A DNA stretch of 24,474 nucleotides. Origin: a virus (Duplodnaviria > Caudoviricetes). Location of the stretch: positions 1 to 24,474 of the IMG/VR virus record IMGVR_UViG_3300020172_001369; one strand, given 5' to 3'. The translations under genes were made by a program, and so were the position numbers. Under the pieces are notes generated by a model. That model ran no database searches and had not been told where the DNA came from. It saw only the letters and a program-made list of their open reading frames with translations. The stretch's first letter is position 1. Every line of letters begins with the position of its first letter. This document shows positions 23,524-24,474 of the stretch, piece by piece.

Positions 23524-23919
23524 ATGTCATTTGAAACACTTAAAGTTTCAGAACTAAAAAAAATTGCAGAAGATTTTGGCGTAGATACAGAATCCGTAAA
23601 AGGAAAGCCTAGCCTAATTGCAGCACTTGCTGAAGAAGGCGTAACCTGGGCAGTATACGAAAAGACAATTAAAGATATTGATGAGAATAAAGAAGAAGTA
23701 GATATTCTTCCAAAGTTTGATCCTAACAAGGAGCAAGACAAAGATACTATATTGGTTAGAATGACTAGAGCTAATTTCCGATATGACATTCTAGGCCACA
23801 CCTTTACAAAAGAGCACCCATTCGTGGCAATGAAGCAAGAGCAAGCGCAAGAAATTTTTGATAAGGAGGAAGGTTTTAGATTGGCTACGCCAAAGGAAGT
23901 TCAAGACTTCTATAACTAA
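23524..23919 (+). CDS. Protein with an N-terminal Rho-N/HeH-like helix-extension-helix domain
   Basis: LKVSELKKIAEDFGV....K..LIAAL pattern; AAGGAG SD. Confidence 0.7.
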   Translation: MSFETLKVSELKKIAEDFGVDTESVKGKPSLIAALAEEGVTWAVYEKTIKDIDENKEEVDILPKFDPNKEQDKDTILVRMTRANFRYDILGHTFTKEHPFVAMKQEQAQEIFDKEEGFRLATPKEVQDFYN

Positions 23920-23929
23920 AGCCTAACAA

Positions 23930-24474
23930 ATGGCAGAGATATATGTAAATCAAACATCACCAATTAAAACAAAGATATTTTGGGGCGGAGAAATTGTTGA
24001 TGCAGATAACAACCTTGTAACTGCTAGAGTTTATGATATTACTGAAGATGGAACAATATCTCCAACAATTAGTCCATCTACAATAATAGTTACATTAACT
24101 GCAACTAAGCTAGAAACTGACATTGGAACATATCAGGTAATTATTCCATTTCAATATTGTGACAGAAATAGAAAATTTAAGATTGTATGGTCATATCAAG
24201 TTGGTGGCGTATCGGCATCACATGTTTACTATACGGATGTAGTAACCCCATATGCAAATATGGCAGATGTTCTTGAGGATTTAAATATAGGAACAGATCC
24301 CTCTGATCCAAATTATAGAACTTATCATGAACTTCAGATGGCAGAAAAATATGCTCGTAAGCTAATTGAGTCTTATACAGAGCAGTCATTCTTTTTGTAT
24401 GATGATACACAAATTGTATATGGACACGGTTCAGACATTCTGCCGCTTCCATTTAGAATTTATGAAATGCATAA
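23930..24474 (+). CDS. Probable head-to-tail adaptor, 3'-truncated by the window
   Basis: Not in the track because it has no stop. Open from ATG 23930 (MAEIYVNQTSPIKTKIFWGG...) to the window end. TPYA..DV and AEKYARKLIESYTEQSF resemble gp6/gp15-type adaptor helices, and the position after the capsid gene fits. Confidence 0.65.
   Translation, partial: MAEIYVNQTSPIKTKIFWGGEIVDADNNLVTARVYDITEDGTISPTISPSTIIVTLTATKLETDIGTYQVIIPFQYCDRNRKFKIVWSYQVGGVSASHVYYTDVVTPYANMADVLEDLNIGTDPSDPNYRTYHELQMAEKYARKLIESYTEQSFFLYDDTQIVYGHGSDILPLPFRIYEMH

Noticed and set aside
693-24452. Other short overlapping or minus-strand ORFs in the track (e.g. 723-923, 6335-6631, 11931-12338, 23472-23801, 24177-24452)
   Set aside because: All lie wholly or mostly within longer + strand genes that have recognisable motifs and coupled starts.
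1-24474. Stop-codon reassignment, tRNA or other RNA genes
   Set aside because: Genes are intact in the standard code, with TAA, TAG and TGA all used as stops. Intergenic gaps are too short (mostly under ~70 bp; the ~107-bp gap after the capsid gene holds the terminator and promoter) and show no cloverleaf.

Overview
Fragment of an AT-rich tailed-phage (Caudoviricetes) genome, with all credible genes on the + strand. The right third is an HK97-fold head module: a small conserved gene, portal, prohead protease with a nested in-frame scaffold start, major capsid protein, a terminator, a Rho-N/HeH-like protein and a partial head-tail adaptor. No terminase is adjacent. The left ~19 kb is a dense island of virion-fibre genes: five paralogous glycine-rich (polyglycine-II type) adhesin-like proteins, short adaptor/fibre proteins, three Trp-rich partner proteins, a GT-B glycosyltransferase, a Gly-X-Thr collagen fibre, an Ig/FN3 protein and a LamG protein. 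The most striking signal is that recurring N-terminal peptides and recurring domains pair up across genes as apparent plugs and sockets. This suggests a branched, modular adhesin tree built on a four-port hub protein (1121-2125), possibly glycosylated by the phage enzyme. Four promoters look leaderless, which points to a low-GC actinobacterial host. All family assignments come from motif recognition and memory, not from database searches.
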